Below are positions 49,452 to 63,028 of a stretch of DNA of 64,000 nucleotides, piece by piece. Under the pieces are notes generated by a model. That model had not been told where the DNA came from and made no database searches. It saw only the letters and a list, made by a program, of their open reading frames with translations. The position numbers and the translations under genes are program-made. Source of the stretch: Octopus vulgaris (taxonomy: Eukaryota); the NCBI GenBank assembly GCA_951406725.2, contig OX597814.1, positions 167,400,001 to 167,464,000 of the forward strand, written 5' to 3'. The number at the start of each line of letters is the position of its first letter. Within the stretch, counting starts at the first letter, position 1.

Positions 49452-50202
49452 GTAAATATTTTATAATTTTCAAAGAAAATAAGTGGCAGTGTAAATGACA
49501 CTAGTCCTTTTTCATTAATATCAATTCACAACTTTTATATTTTAATTGAAAAGTACTGGTGTCATTTAAAAATCTTGCTAGAAGACAAACAGTTAATATT
49601 TTCTAAAAGTGATTTTAAATTTAAAGAAAAAGACTATAGAATGCATGTTCATCTTTCATTTTTTGTTTGTTTTTGGTAACATTAGTAATGTTATTAATAT
49701 TTAGTGTTTGTAAGGCGGTGAGCTGGTGATACTGTTAGCATGCTGGGCAAAATGCTTTTTGTCCGTCTTTATGTTCTGAGTTCAAATTCTACCAAGGTCG
49801 TCTTTGCATTTCATCTTTTCAGGGATCAATAAAATAAGTACCAGTTGAACACTGGGATCAGTGTAATCAACTTATCCCATCCACCAAGATTACTGGCATT
49901 GCGCCAAAATTTGAAACCAATATTTAGTGACTCTATTCTTTCTTGTTATTAGACATAGTTAGTTGTCTAACATTGCTGGCTTGTGATGGCTCTACAATTT
50001 ACTACTAATTTAATTTTTATTATATTCCTCTTTAGCCCTACTTCTTCATTTTAAACTTCTTTCAAGTCTTTTAAACAATTAGTCCTAAAGACATATATTG
50101 AACTCTCTCAAAATGTTTTCAACAAGCAGAATGAAAAGGATTTAGTTGAACAAAGATCCTGAATAAACAGCTTAAATTTCCAAATGAGTCTAATGCCAAT
50201 TC

Positions 50203-50433
50203 TTATTTCTTTACTGCCCACAAGGGGCTACACACAGGAGACAAACGAGGACAGACAAATGGATTAAGTCGATTATATCGACCCCAGTGTGTAACTGGTA
50301 CTTAATTTATCGACCCCGAAAGGATGAAAGGCAAAGTCAACCTCGGCGGAATTTGAACTCAGACTGTAACGGCAGACGAAATACCGCTAAGCATTTCACC
50401 TAGTGTGCTAACGTTTCTTCCAGCTTGCTGCCT
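50203..50433 (-). mobile_element. tRNA-derived SINE, same family
   Basis: Reverse complement of the 37953 element; flanked by TAATGCCAATTCT direct repeats. Confidence 0.9.
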
Positions 50434-50631
50434 TAATGCCAATTCTGACTTAAATAGCTCTCACATCATTCATTCACAACTATCTTTCTTCATGGTAGAA
50501 TTTGTTATCCATCACATAAATCTGTTGCAATTGATTCATCAGAATGGCAGATGAACTCTTTGTCTTAGAACAAGTTAAATTGCATTTTATTCACTTCCAC
50601 TCTGGAATTAAAGTGACTGAATCAATAATGT

Positions 50632-50872
50632 TTAACTCTTTAGCACTTAAAATGGCCATATCTGGCCCAAATATTCTCCTTTTTTTTCCTCTTTATTTTG
50701 CATTCAAACCAGCCTGATCTGGCCTCTCCCACCTATCCTACAATGTCATTGTAGAAATAAACAGTCAAATCATCAACATTTCAAAGTTATGAAATAATGC
50801 ATGATTAATTCAAAACAATGTGAATAAATAAGCATTATATTTGACAGAGTTATCTGAATGCTAAAGAATTAA
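50632..50872. mobile_element. TTAA-flanked piggyBac-like MITE, family B (opposite orientation)
   Basis: Reverse-complement match to 19907-20134. Confidence 0.8.
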
Positions 50873-51128
50873 GCTAAGTTCTTGAGTATAAATCTCATTT
50901 GTAGCATTGGAGCTGGACATTTAACTTATCTGTCAGAATTAGGTTTTAGATCTGATAATGTTATTTATAATAAACTCAGGTGCACACAGTTTATTTCATT
51001 ACTGTTTAATGCTTTGAAAATCCAACTAAACACTGAGACATCTATGATTAAATAGACTCAAAAGATGCTGGTATTCGTCTGCATCATCAGGATTCTATTA
51101 TATATTAAAATCAATATAAAGAGTACTT

Positions 51129-51184
51129 TTTACTGATGAAGGACTCTGTCTGAAACAGTGGATTTTCCATCCTGTCACAGTAAG
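51129..51184 (+). ncRNA. Decayed type-I hammerhead-like motif
   Basis: CUGAUGA-A-GGAC(UCU)GUCU-GAAA-CAG...CUG-UC; stem I cannot form as is. Confidence 0.45.
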
Positions 51185-51289
51185 TTCACGGTAGTCTTTT
51201 AATCAAGTTTATTAAACACTCAGACAATTGCATTTATTTTAAGTGATTGATTCAGTTTTAGATTGTCATTTTTGTGTGTATGTGTTAAA

Positions 51290-51470
51290 TACGAGGAGTG
51301 CTGAAAAGTTCCTAGCTTTAAGGGTATTCTGAAAGGCCTGGTTGGAGGCCCAACCTTCCAAGTTCTTGTATAGTTTTTAAGTGGGTGAATCTGAGAGGAG
51401 AATATATTGAATAAAATCATAATTAACTGATCCACCTGTATTTTTTTTTTTTACTCAAAGTCCAGAACTT
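51290..51470. mobile_element. Mariner-derived MITE
   Basis: TACGAGGAGTGCTGAAAAGTTCCTAGCT start is mariner TIR-like; degenerate right end. Confidence 0.55.
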
Positions 51471-51512
51471 AATATTCTGTTATTGTATAAACAACTTTTT
51501 TTTTCTTTGCAG

Positions 51513-52087
51513 TTGGTCATGATTCAAACATGGAAACAATAGAAAGTGCTGCTTTTTTTCTTTTCCAAACATTCCAAAATGTTCAAATGGTTGGACATAG
51601 TGAAAGTGTAAAATTGCGTAGTATATTTGGCCCTTTTCCAGCCACCGTAGCATCTTCAGCTTGTAAAATAGTTTCCAGAATTATATCATGGCTTCCTGAA
51701 TACTCTGCTGATTTGTTTGCATATTCTAATTCTTGTGAAAAAAATTCTGAAAAACAAAATGAAGAATTTGGAAACAATGTGAAATTTTCTGTTGAGCCTT
51801 TGATTTCAGTGGAAATGAATTATTCAAGCTCAGAATCTGAGGATGAAGTTGATTCTAGTCTGTTGTCATTGAAATACCAATGTAACAAAGATCAAACTGC
51901 TTTAAGGACACCAGATGGTAAAGCAGATTCAAAACAAGACAATTTCAATACTTCAGCGTTAATATCTGAAGTCAAAAAGCATTTTAACAATGAAAGCTAC
52001 GTTCTTGGAATGACAATTGAAAATCTTTGTTCTAATCTCTTTGACTTTCTATCATCTTCCAAATCTGATGATGCTCTACAGAATGAT
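51513..52087 (+). CDS. ASCC3: ASCC3 coding exon 2
   Basis: TTGCAG/GTAAGT; GHDSNMETIESAAFFLFQTF...SSKSDDALQND. Confidence 0.94.
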
Positions 52088-52577
52088 GTAAGTTTATACC
52101 AATATTTTTATTCAAATATTTTGTTGAAATAATTTCAAATTTGATTTACTTTGTTCATTTTTATGAATAATCTTAATAGTACTGTTGAGTCTTCTTAATT
52201 GCATAATTTTTGGAACCAGAATGTTGGGCATTAAATCTACAGGTTAATTGCCTTTACAAATAGCATCAATTTTGGTTATGATTATTTCAGATGTTTAGTA
52301 AAAATTGATAACATGTAGCATAGAATGAACATTTATTTTACATAACATAAATGAAGTGATTCTAGAAGCTTCCATTTTCATAAGTTAAAATGACAGTAGT
52401 CTATATTTTGATTACAAATAACTGATATCAAAAGAATCAGCAGTATTCAAGTTATTTTTAGTATTTCAATGAATTGAAGCTCAGATTCCAATGTAATTTT
52501 TAATTTTCAATTGCGTAGCTTTATAAATCTTTGTTGTAGATAAAATTAAAAGTTTTGACTCAAGCACTAGACACTAC

Positions 52578-53265
52578 GGACCTTTTCTGTTTGGCTGCAC
52601 CTGTGGAAATTTTAAAATCTGGTGTGTCAGTGTGATTCTCCGTGCTAAATCTCAGAAACTTTTTTTTTCTTAAAGTTACAGAGGTTTAGAGTTTCACCAT
52701 TTTTACCTAGTCACAAAACAGGATTTGGAAGCTGTCATTTTGTGTGACAGTATGTGTTGTGAACTGTAAACAAATGAAATATTGGCACAATTCTGCTTTA
52801 CACATGCCATAATTTTTAACCCCTCATAATTTTTTTATTTTTTGGAATTTTCAGGAAACTTTTGCAAAATTGTATTCTACACACAGGAATTCATACAATT
52901 ATGCAAAAACAAAAAAAAAAAACAACAAAAAAAACAAATTTGGTGCATGATTTAGCTATTATTTTTAGCACATCTTATGACTACCATTTAATAAGTGAAA
53001 AATGACCGCATGAGTAAGTATCTTGGTAATAGCTTAGCTTGTTACTATGGAAACAGGCACCTATATGTCTGTGGCTTTCGACTGGGTAAAATTTCTGAAA
53101 ATTTGCAAACTTTAGAAGTTATTAACTCTTTATTTATTGATTTATAGCAAAAATGAATTTCATGTCAATGATTCCCTTACAAAATTACACCAATATGCCA
53201 AATATGAAATCAATTGAAACAAAAATTGAAGAAATTGAAAAGTGGCAGCCAAACACAAAAGATCT
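52578..53265. mobile_element. MITE with GGA(C/T)CTTTT-TGTTTGGCTGC TIRs and degenerate 8-bp TSD (Merlin-like)
   Basis: Left GGACCTTTTCTGTTTGGCTGC, right reverse complement AGATCTTTTGTGTTTGGCTGC; flanks GACACTAC/GACACCAT. Confidence 0.75.
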
Positions 53266-53997
53266 GACACCATTTTGTTATATGATTTATTTAATGTGTT
53301 AACTTAGAGTTGGAGCAATTAACTTTATCTGTTAATCTGTTTGAGGTTCATTGTTATTAATGATTAATTCAAAGTGTATAAAAATCAATGTCTGGCTAAG
53401 CTTAGGTAATTAAAGAATAGCAAAGGGAATTGATAAACCTCATATGGGGATAAATCAAGCAAGTATAGTGCAATGCATATTACTAAAAATATAATTTGGA
53501 CTGGGTGGGACATGAGTGCAGCCATCTGGTTCGCCAGCCCTCAGTCAAATCGTCCAACCCATGCTAGCATGGAAAGCAGACGTTAAACAATGATGATGAT
53601 GATGAACCACATGGTCTTGGATTCAGTCCCACTGCTTGGCAACTTGGGCTGACCTTGTGAGTGGATTTTGTTGATGGAAACTGAAAGCTTGACATATACA
53701 CACACGTGTGTGTGTGTGTATTTGTGTCTCCTAGTTTGACATTGTGTGAGAGTTGTAGACAATTCACACCATCTCACAAACAGTGTTGTTCATTTTCAAT
53801 CTTCCATGCAAACACATCCAGTTACCTTGTTTGGAAATGTGCAAAGGTTGGTGATAGGAAGGGCATCCAATCATAGAAAATCTGCCTCAACAAATTCCAT
53901 TTAACCCATACAAGCATGGAAAAGTAGATTTTTAAATGATGATGGTGATGATAAAATGTATATGTAGCATAGCAAAATCTTTACTGCTGATATTGGA

Positions 53998-54338
53998 AAG
54001 GGTAAAGACCCCCTTTGATCTTGAATGACCATGGATTGCACCCAGGAAGTTCCTCTCCAAGGCACAAGTCCGAGCAAGGTTGTTTATGAAAGACCAGCAC
54101 TCACTCATGCATACCAGCCTCCCCTCTCCATGCCATCAATGTTATCCAAAGGAAAGGCAAATACTGATACGGCTTGGTACTAGTGACATCGCAACTCATT
54201 TCTACAGTTGAGTGAACTGAGGTAACATGAAATAAAGTGTCTTGCTCAAGAACACAACACATAGCCTGGTCTGGGAATCGAACTCACTAGCTCATGATTG
54301 TGAGCCAGATGCTCTAACCACTGAGCCATGTGCCTTCA
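53998..54338 (-). mobile_element. Second SINE-like family (second copy 55728-56050; partial 61320-61500; related head at 29511-29850)
   Basis: Two ~330-bp similar copies ending in GGAATCGAACTC...CTAACCACTGAGCCAT (reverse tRNA-like head). Confidence 0.8.
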
Positions 54339-56346
54339 GCTCAAATAAATCACATAATTTATTGCCTATTCTGCAAATTCAGTTATTTACATATGTAATT
54401 GATCTGCTAAAATCAGCTCTACCTTGCATTGCTCTGTATTCAGTACTTTATCAAATATTGTTATTAAAAATTGGCTGAGGATTAAGCCATGTCCACTGAC
54501 TAATTTCAGCTTCTAATTACACCTTACTGATGTTGTTAATTGTTGTAATCCTTTGTCGGAGTGTTATAACATCCACTCCGGTATAGCAGTATAGTTAGTT
54601 AGACAAGTAAGACATGACTATTTATCTATGACCATCTACTTCTATACTCTTTACTTGACGTCACCTTATTTGTAGTGACTAGGACATACCACTCATCATG
54701 TGGGAGGGGGTGTTCCATTATTGCTATTATCCCCAAAACACTAACATATTTCAGAAAACTATAAATATTAAAATTCCTACTTCCTCTATTCAGAATACAT
54801 TGTTTTATAGCAATCTGGAGAAAGCTTATTGAATCAATAATACTCTAACTCATAGCTGAATAGGTAGCTCCATTATTTAATAATTGTTGTTAGGGCCTCA
54901 ATACTGGCACCACTTTTACCAAACTACTTAAAATTATGTATATGCTGGCTCTATTCTGGTAGCTGCCGTAATGATAATTTCATATTAGTAAATCAGTACT
55001 AAAGTAAGATAACTTTAGCCATGATTTTATATCTAGTAATTTTGCGTCTCCAAGTTAGGTGTGTTCATTAAGATACTAGCACTTGAGAAAGTAATTTTCC
55101 TTCTTTAGAGCCATCTATTTGTTATGGCTGTGCTATCTATTTGTTTTATTTTGAAGTAGTCATTTTCTGAGAATTTGTTTTAATGACTTAACTATGATAA
55201 AATGGTTGAATTGATTTAGCAGTCTACCATTTTTGTACTAGAAAGAAATGGTAAGTTTCTTAAGAAATGCATATAGACATTTTTGTTTGAGATTCAGGTA
55301 CATTTGTAACAGTATTTTAAATTATAGCAAAATAATTAAGTTGTATCTTGTAAAAAAATGGCAGTTTTCTTCTGTGAAGAAGCACTGATCATTTTTTTCC
55401 TCTGAAAGATTAAGAAACCATATCCCATTCTTTACACCACAGCAAATAATAGTAAACACTGAGATTTTCCACAATGTTTGCTTGGTGAAATGAGAATCCC
55501 TCTTATCTGCAAATACTTCCACATTTAATATTTAATCTCAGGTCCACAACTGTTACATGCTATATGTCAGGCCTAGTATTATTTCACTGTTGTCTTCACT
55601 GCAACTCAAAAAATATCTTTCTTTAAAGAGTTAACAGATTTCTGTAAGTCTATCATTAGTATTTTCTATACATATTAATCTTTTAGATTTCCACGAGAAG
55701 TTAGAAGTTTGATATTTTGGGTAAAAGGGTAGAGGCCTCCTTTGGACATGAATGACCATGAGATTGAACCTGGAAAGTTCCCCTCTAAGGCACAAGTCCA
55801 GACAAAAGTCGTTTGTAGAAGGCCAGCTGCATACCAGTCTCCTCTCTCTATGCTACCAATGTTGTCCAAGGGAAAGGCAAATACTGATACAGTTTGGCAC
55901 CAGTGATGTTGCAACTTATTTCTACAGTTGAATGAACTGGAGCAATGTGAAATAAAGTGTCTTACTCAAGAACACAACACACTGCCTAGTCTGGGAATCG
56001 AACTCACAACATTACAATTGTAAGCCTAACACTCTAACCACTGAGCCATCATCTTTTGGGTACTTGCCTTTAAATGGAGTGTGGAGAGAAAAAAGAACCT
56101 GAAACATTGGGCATTTCACAGTTCAGGAAAATCAAACTTGTCAACCCTATACAAAATGTCCTTTTAATTAATTGTTACCATCAGGCACCAACTTCCATGG
56201 ATTTACCCCTTTGATTTATAAGATTTAGTGTTTCTCTTTATATTTGTATGAATCATTACATTTTTTTACTCTTCTTTTAAGGCTGTCAAAATGTCCTCTT
56301 ACAATTAGATTATAATTGTAAATCATTTGTTTTTAAACTATTCCAG

Positions 56347-56467
56347 CTCTTCGAATTCCTTGGATTTGATCAATTTGAGTTAATAGAAAATCTTCTGAAA
56401 AATCGCAACAAATACCTTGATGATGCAATTTTAGTGAACAAGGGACACAAGGCTCTTCCAGCTGCTA
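56347..56467 (+). CDS. ASCC3: ASCC3 coding exon 3
   Basis: TTCCAG/GTGAGT; LFEFLGFDQFELIENLLKNR. Confidence 0.92.
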
Positions 56468-57740
56468 GTGAGTATCTCTTAACTGCTTTTTCATCATCAT
56501 TTATCACCCACCTTTTCAGGCTTGTGTGGATCAGATAGACTTTATCAAGGCAGATATTCCACAGCCTTTCTTGTTGCTACCAAGTAAGATAATATTTCCC
56601 ATGGCCAAACATGTTTTTCACGGAAGACTGGAAATGAACAACCTTGCTTGTGATAAATGGTACTCAGAAGTACACACAAACATATGCACATACATACATA
56701 TATATATACATTGCATACACATTTATATATACTATAAGTTTCTTTCACTTTCCAACTTCCAAATCAACTCAAAGGACTTTGGTTGGCCTAGGGCTATAGT
56801 CAAAGACACTTGCTTGAGGTGCTGTACTGTTGGACTGAACCCAAGATTACATGGTTAGGAAGCAAGCTTACATTTTGTAAAATTATTAGACATCTTCTTT
56901 ACAAGTTTATTCTGTTTTATTTTTAATACTTTCAAATTTGTTCTATTCCGGTAAATACTGGACAGGACTCTGTTGTTATTGAGTAACTGGTTGGATTTTT
57001 ACATTACTACACCATAAGATGTTAAAAATAGGTTTGCACTAATGACTGAAACAAGTGAAAGATAAAAGATATGTATTCAGCTAAGAATTTTAGACTTTTA
57101 TTCAGAACAAATATTGTGTGCAGTCCAAATTGCATTTCCTTTCTGTTACTTGTGAGAGATGCAAAAGCAGTTTTTCTGCAGCTATTTTTACAGAGGCAAG
57201 TTGTATGCTCTTTGAAGATGTACTTGGTATGTCATCAACATCAGATGTTATGTATATATTCCTAGTAAGCACGTTATGATAATTTGCATTAAAGCTTGTT
57301 TTCCTTTCATATTAGTGTTTTATGTCATTTTGGTTGTATTGGTGCATCATTAATATTTCTTGATTGACATATATTTTTTATCTAATTCATAACTGAATAA
57401 GTTGCAAATATTTCTTTCCTCATAACTATACGTTAAAATTAAGAGTAGATGTAAATAACAGAAACAGCAATCTGTGGTCATTCACATCATCATCATCGTT
57501 TAATGTCCGCTTTCCATGCTAGCTTGGGTTGGACGATTTGACTGAGGACTGGCAAACCAGATGGCTGCGCCAAGCTCCAATCTGATCTGGAAGAGTTTCT
57601 ACTGCTGGATGCCCTTCCTAACGCCAACCACTCCGAGAGTGTATTATTTTTAATCAGCTTCTTTATATGTCCTTTGTATATGAAGCATGTTCTGTATTCA
57701 GTACTTGGTTAATCTGCAAAACAATTTTATAATTCTGCAG

Positions 57741-57799
57741 GGAAAAGAAATGCAGATGGTCCTTCTCGACCCACCTATGGATGCCAAGTTACAGTGCAG
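57741..57799 (+). CDS. ASCC3: ASCC3 coding exon 4
   Basis: CTGCAG/GTATGT; RPTYGCQVTVQ. Confidence 0.93.
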
Positions 57800-59597
57800 G
57801 TATGTTTTTTAATGTTTTAATATTTTCAAAAGCCAGTTATATACTTTTACTTAAACTTCTGAATTCTATTGAGTTCAGTATTGATACTTTGTTACATTTC
57901 TTTTAATCATAACATTAGTTATATTGCCAATCTTGTGTTCTTTTTGACAGTCTTTGGTGCCCATCATATATCATTTTCCTCTCCCAGGTATGACTGTGTG
58001 GTAAGAAGCTGGCTTCCCAACCACATGATTCCAGGTTTAGTCCCACTGCATGGCACCTTGAGCAAGTGTCTTCTACTACAGCCTTGGGCTGACAAAAGGC
58101 TTGTGAGTAGATTTGCTAGACAGAAACTGAAAGAAGCAAAAGAAATGGATAGAATATGTACGAGGCTAAAAAATAAGTACTGGGGTTGATTCATTTGACT
58201 AAAAATTCTTCAAGGCGCCATCTAATGACTGAAACAAGTAAAAGATAACAGATTAAAGAGGTTCAATGTTAATCAAATTATGATTGCTCTTTCATATGAA
58301 AGACTGTTTCTTTCATCCTAATCATTCTTCTTCATCAAATCCTCTTAGGGCATTCTCAGCTCTCTTCACTCTAACCCTTGAGGTAGCTGTTTAAATGTTC
58401 AGCTGTTTAAACTCTATGATCATGGGGACTAGCTTATTGTAGAATATATTGAACTAAAGAAGATTGGAGTGTGTTAAAAAAAAGAACTTGAATGTCAACA
58501 TAGCCTACAATAAAGTGTTGGCTAATAGCAGAAATCATATAAACCCAGAAAAGTTACTTTGGTCTGCAGATGCAGACATGACTGTATGGTTAAGAAGTTT
58601 GCCTCCCTACCACTTGTTTTAGTTTCAGTTCCACTACATGGTAACTTGGACAAATATCTGCTTTAGCTGTGGGCCAACCAAAGCTTAATGAGTAGATTTG
58701 GTTGGTGGAAACTGAAAGAAGCCCATCATATGTATGTGTCTTTGTCTTGACATTGCATGATAGCTGGAAGTGAGTTTCTACATGTACAGACACTGTTATA
58801 TGTTTCCAGTCTTCCATGAAAACATATCAGGCCAAAGGGAATTATTATCTTACTTGGAAATAGGTCAGGATTGATTGCAGGAAGAATATCCAGCTATAGA
58901 AAATCAACAAATGAATGATGGTGATGATGATAAAAGAAGTAGGCAATGAACACTGCATATGTCAGTAGAGAAATGAAAAGAAGTGTATATAAAGAATGCA
59001 GACTGACAAGGAAATACTACACTAGATGTATTGATTAACCTAATAATATGAACTGTGATATACTTTCTGAAAGTAGTAGATAAATTTAACTACCTAAGAG
59101 ATATTATTGTTACTGAGATCATCATCATCATCATCTTTATTTTAACATTTACTTTTCCATGCTTGCATGGACCAAACAGAAGTTTTTGAGTTGGATTTTC
59201 TATGACTGGATGCCCTTCCTGTTGCACTGCCTTCACCTTTTTCCAAGTAAGGTAATATTTTTCCTTGACCAGGCATAGATGATTGCAAATGAAGGACACT
59301 GCTTCTATGACATTTTACACTCATTTACAACTACCATGCAATGTCAAAGTAGGGAGACAGTAACACACATGTATCCAAATGCACGTGCACACATACACAC
59401 ACACTTATATATATACAACAAGCTTCTTTCAGTTTCTATCTACCAAATCCATTCACAAAGCTTTTGACAGCCTGGGGCTAGGACTATAGTTGGAAGCACA
59501 TTCCTAAAGTGTCACACAGTGGGACTGAACTTGTAACCATGTGAATGGGAAACATACTTCTTACCACCCAGCCATTCCTTGCACTGTGTAACATGAT

Positions 59598-59870
59598 TTT
59601 TGTCCTTGGGTAGCAACTATTATTTCCTATTTATTTGCCCCTACAAAATACGAAAAGTGGCTAATATTTCCTTCAAACTTTGCTTTTGCTACATTTTATT
59701 CAAACCCAAAGTATCCCTCTCAACACATAGCTATGATACCCCCCCATTACTCCTGTTCTTGATCAGAGATGCATATATTGTCAGCCACTAAGGGACATGC
59801 CCAAGTGTTACAGTCAAGCAACAGACAAGTAAATCTGTGGTATTGAGCAGAATATTTGCTATAACAATAT
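59598..59870 (+). repeat. Interspersed repeat, partial copy at 1-175
   Basis: CATAT..TCAGCCACTAAG.GACATGC.CAA..G.TCAAGCAA..GACAAG.AAA..TG..TATTGAG.AGAATATTT is shared between the two sites. Confidence 0.75.
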
Positions 59871-60129
59871 TTCTGCTTCAGCAACTCAGTGCTGAATCTG
59901 TTTAAAATGTAATGGGAAGATAGGTCAGTTTCAAAACATTGATGTCCTGCTTACAAAAGCAAAGTTGAAGGGAATAGTAGTCATTTCCTTTGATTTCTAG
60001 ATAGAAGCAAATAGCAAAGAACACTTATCAAAGACAAGAAAAAACATTTAATTTTGTTGCACAATATTATTTATATACTGAAGAAAAGGAAATTCCATTT
60101 GTTCACATCATAATCGTTAACTTTTATAG

Positions 60130-60254
60130 ACTGAAGAAGAAAAACAACTGATGAAAATGATTCGAAGAGAAGAGAAAAAGAGTGCTCGAAAAGAATGTAT
60201 TGGAAACGAAATCAACAGTACAGGCTTTGATCCTTCAGAAATGAGAGCTCAAAG
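60130..60254 (+). CDS. ASCC3: ASCC3 coding exon 5
   Basis: TATAG/GTAGGT; TEEEKQLMKMIRREEKK...FDPSEMRAQ. Confidence 0.94.
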
Positions 60255-60448
60255 GTAGGTCTCTTTTGAATAATATTTTAAATTTGTTACTTGTAGGTTG
60301 TCTTTAATTAGTTTCTCTTTTTAGTTTTTGAGGTTTTTGCTAAGAAATTAAGGGCTAGAATATTTATTGGATTTTGATATACTAATGATTTAGTTACTAT
60401 TTTAGAGTAAAAAAAAAATTTGAACATGGGGAAAAGTGATTTTAGTAG

Positions 60449-60911
60449 TATGACTTCCAGGTGTTTTAACATCCAGTATTATTAGAGCGTCTCTCTAAAC
60501 ACAATCCCACAGCAAATTCAGCAAATAAACAAAACACATACATTGTGTATGTGCAATCAATAATGTTTACATTACTAGACCTTCTTTTAAATCGTAATTT
60601 AATTTACTTTTACATGTGCATTGCTGTGGCACATCATCAAGTAATTTTCACACTATTTTGTGTATAATTATAGACTGGGGATTCAGTTCAATCCAAGTGC
60701 ATGGTATTGATAAGTCACAATAATTGTGAAATATCATCTACCACTCCTGGACTTGATCCAAGGGGAGTTGTCTCACCTGGTCTATGACTTTCAGTTGTTT
60801 TAAAGCCTAGTGTTATTAGGGAGAGTCCCCCTAAACACTGTCTCCCAACAAATTCAGTGTATTTACAAAACACATACATTGTATATGTGTGATTGATAAT
60901 ACATTACTAGA
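60449..60911 (+). repeat. Diverged direct repeat (~130 bp, period ~335 bp)
   Basis: 60449-60579 resembles 60783-60911 (e.g. ACAAAACACATACATTGT, ACATTACTAGA). Confidence 0.7.
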
Positions 60912-62653
60912 GCTACTTTCTGTTTGTAAGATATATATATATATTCAAAAGCAGATGTAAAATGATGAATCTCTCCTAGTAAATTTAGAATCTGTCACTC
61001 TCAATAGGCAAACCCTAACAAACATGATATTTATAGTAACAGTCTATATGTATGTTAAGGCACTTAATTCTTAAAAGGATAGGTTACCCATAATACTTCA
61101 CCTAAACATGCAACACACAATACATAGACTTCTTGCCTTTACTTACCATCTGCTGCTCAGTTTTGTTGCAGAAATTTTAATATTCAAACAAATTCTTGAT
61201 AATATATATTGGGCACCCAAAGCCAATACAATTTGTTGGTTTTTATTTTTGATGTGCTATCAAGAATATAGGGTTTTGATCAGTCTAAGTTGACTGATGT
61301 CAACCTGAATTTGCACATGTATGCACAGGCTTGGGCAAGATGTTATTTTGAGGAAGAAGTTACCTATCTGTATAAGTTTCTCTTCTCCACAGCATATATG
61401 TTATCCAAGGGAAAGGCCATTGACTTGCACTGATACAGTTTGGCGTGTGTGTCATCACTGGCATTGCTGTCAGATTGCAAACAGTTACTGTTTGACATCT
61501 GGCTTTGTCTTCTAACAATTCTGCCAATCCACTGCTTTGGGTTGGTACACTTTTATTAACCCTGAAAGTATTAAAAACAAAATTGACCTGGGTTGGACTT
61601 GAACTCAAGGCAAAGAGAGTTGCGGTATATACTGTGGGACATTCACTCCAATACTAATGAATCTACCAGTCTCCTATATTCAAGAATAATGTGGAAAATT
61701 CTTAAACAGGTTAATAGGTATGCCTTTTTTAGTTTTATACATGTGCATCTAATGTGATATACTAAAACTGGAAGTGGAAAGTTAATTTTAAAGAAGTTAA
61801 ATATTTAATAAAATATTTAAAATGGAGTGGAAATATAAAAAAGATACATTATTTAAATCTAAATCAGCAGGAAATTTTCAGTTTCTTTTTATCATTCATT
61901 ATTGAATATTGATTAGAATTTGAATTTAATTTCTCTAGATTTCATATTTAGAAAACAATTGTTTTATCATTTTCAAATCAATGAGGAATAATAATAATAA
62001 TAATGGTTTCAAATTTTGGCACAATGCAACTTATTTTAGGGGGAGGGCGTAGTTGATTACACTAGCCCTAGTACTCAAATGATACTTATTTTACCAATCC
62101 TGAAAGAATGAAAGGCAAAGTTGACATTGATGGAATTTTGAACTCAAAACATAACAAGCCAGTAGAAATGGTGCTAAGCATTTTATCCAAGGTGCTGACA
62201 TTTCTGCCAGCTCAGCACTTTAATAATAATAATAATAATTCTTTCTACTAGAGGCACAATGCCTGAAATTTTGTGGAGACGTGTTTAGTCAGTTATCTCA
62301 ACCCCAGTGTTCAACTGGTGCTTTTTTATCAACCCCAAAAGCATGAAAGGCAAAATCAGTTTCACCGATACTTGAACTCAGAACAATGAAGATGGATGAA
62401 ATGGTGCTACCATTTTCTCACCATGCTAATGATTCTGTCACTTTGCTATCTTATTTTATAATAACAATAACAACAATAATGACATTTAATATAAATCACT
62501 TCATGTATTGACAATAAAAAAATATGAATCAGTAAAGTATATATATTTTTAAAATATATTTCTATAATCTGTTTCTATAATGTTCTATTAAATACCTTCC
62601 TTAGTATTTACCATTTTAACCTTAAGAGTATTTAAATTTTGTTTGTTCTTCAG

Positions 62654-62798
62654 AGAAGCAGCTCTATTATATGCTCAGAGTTCTCAGGTATTAACCAAAC
62701 GATCTGCTACCGTTGGTCAAACCAAAGAAAGCCTTCCATTTGTGTTTGATTCTTTAGCAGAAGCAAGAAAATCATCAGCTTTTGTTGGGAGTTGTAAA
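62654..62798 (+). CDS. ASCC3: ASCC3 coding exon 6
   Basis: TTCAG/GTATGT; EAALL...LPFVFDSLAEARKSSAFVGSCK. Confidence 0.93.
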
Positions 62799-62902
62799 GT
62801 ATGTGGTTTTTTTCTTTACTTTTTCTTTCTACTATCTGCTTGATTTATTGATTTAACCATCTACTTTTCTTTCATTCATTTTTACCCGTTGCTTATGAAC
62901 AG

Positions 62903-63028
62903 ATGTCTCTACCTATTGGATTTGAACGCATTGATAAAAAGATGTTTGAAGAAGTTCATATTCCTGCATCAGAAAAGGCTCCTCTTCACATTGGTAAAAA
63001 ACTTGTCAGCATTGATGATTTAGATGAG
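62903..63028 (+). CDS. ASCC3: ASCC3 coding exon 7
   Basis: AACAG/GTAATA; MSLPIGFERIDKKMFEEVHIP...LVSIDDLDE. Confidence 0.93.

Larger units (their letters stand above)
49196..63028 (+). other. ASCC3: ASCC3 (activating signal cointegrator 1 complex subunit 3, Ski2-like helicase), 5' part, 7 coding exons, continues past the window end
   Basis: LPRLSSALRAFSNVS, IESAAFFLFQTF, IFGPFPA, LFEFLGFD, PTYGCQVTVQTEEEKQLMK, LPFVFDS, FEEVHIP all match recalled ASCC3 N-terminal motifs; splice phases are consistent. Confidence 0.95.

Noticed and set aside
51040-51092. Minus-strand CUGAUGA followed by UGC...GCA as another hammerhead
   Set aside because: No GAAA after stem II and no stem I or III.
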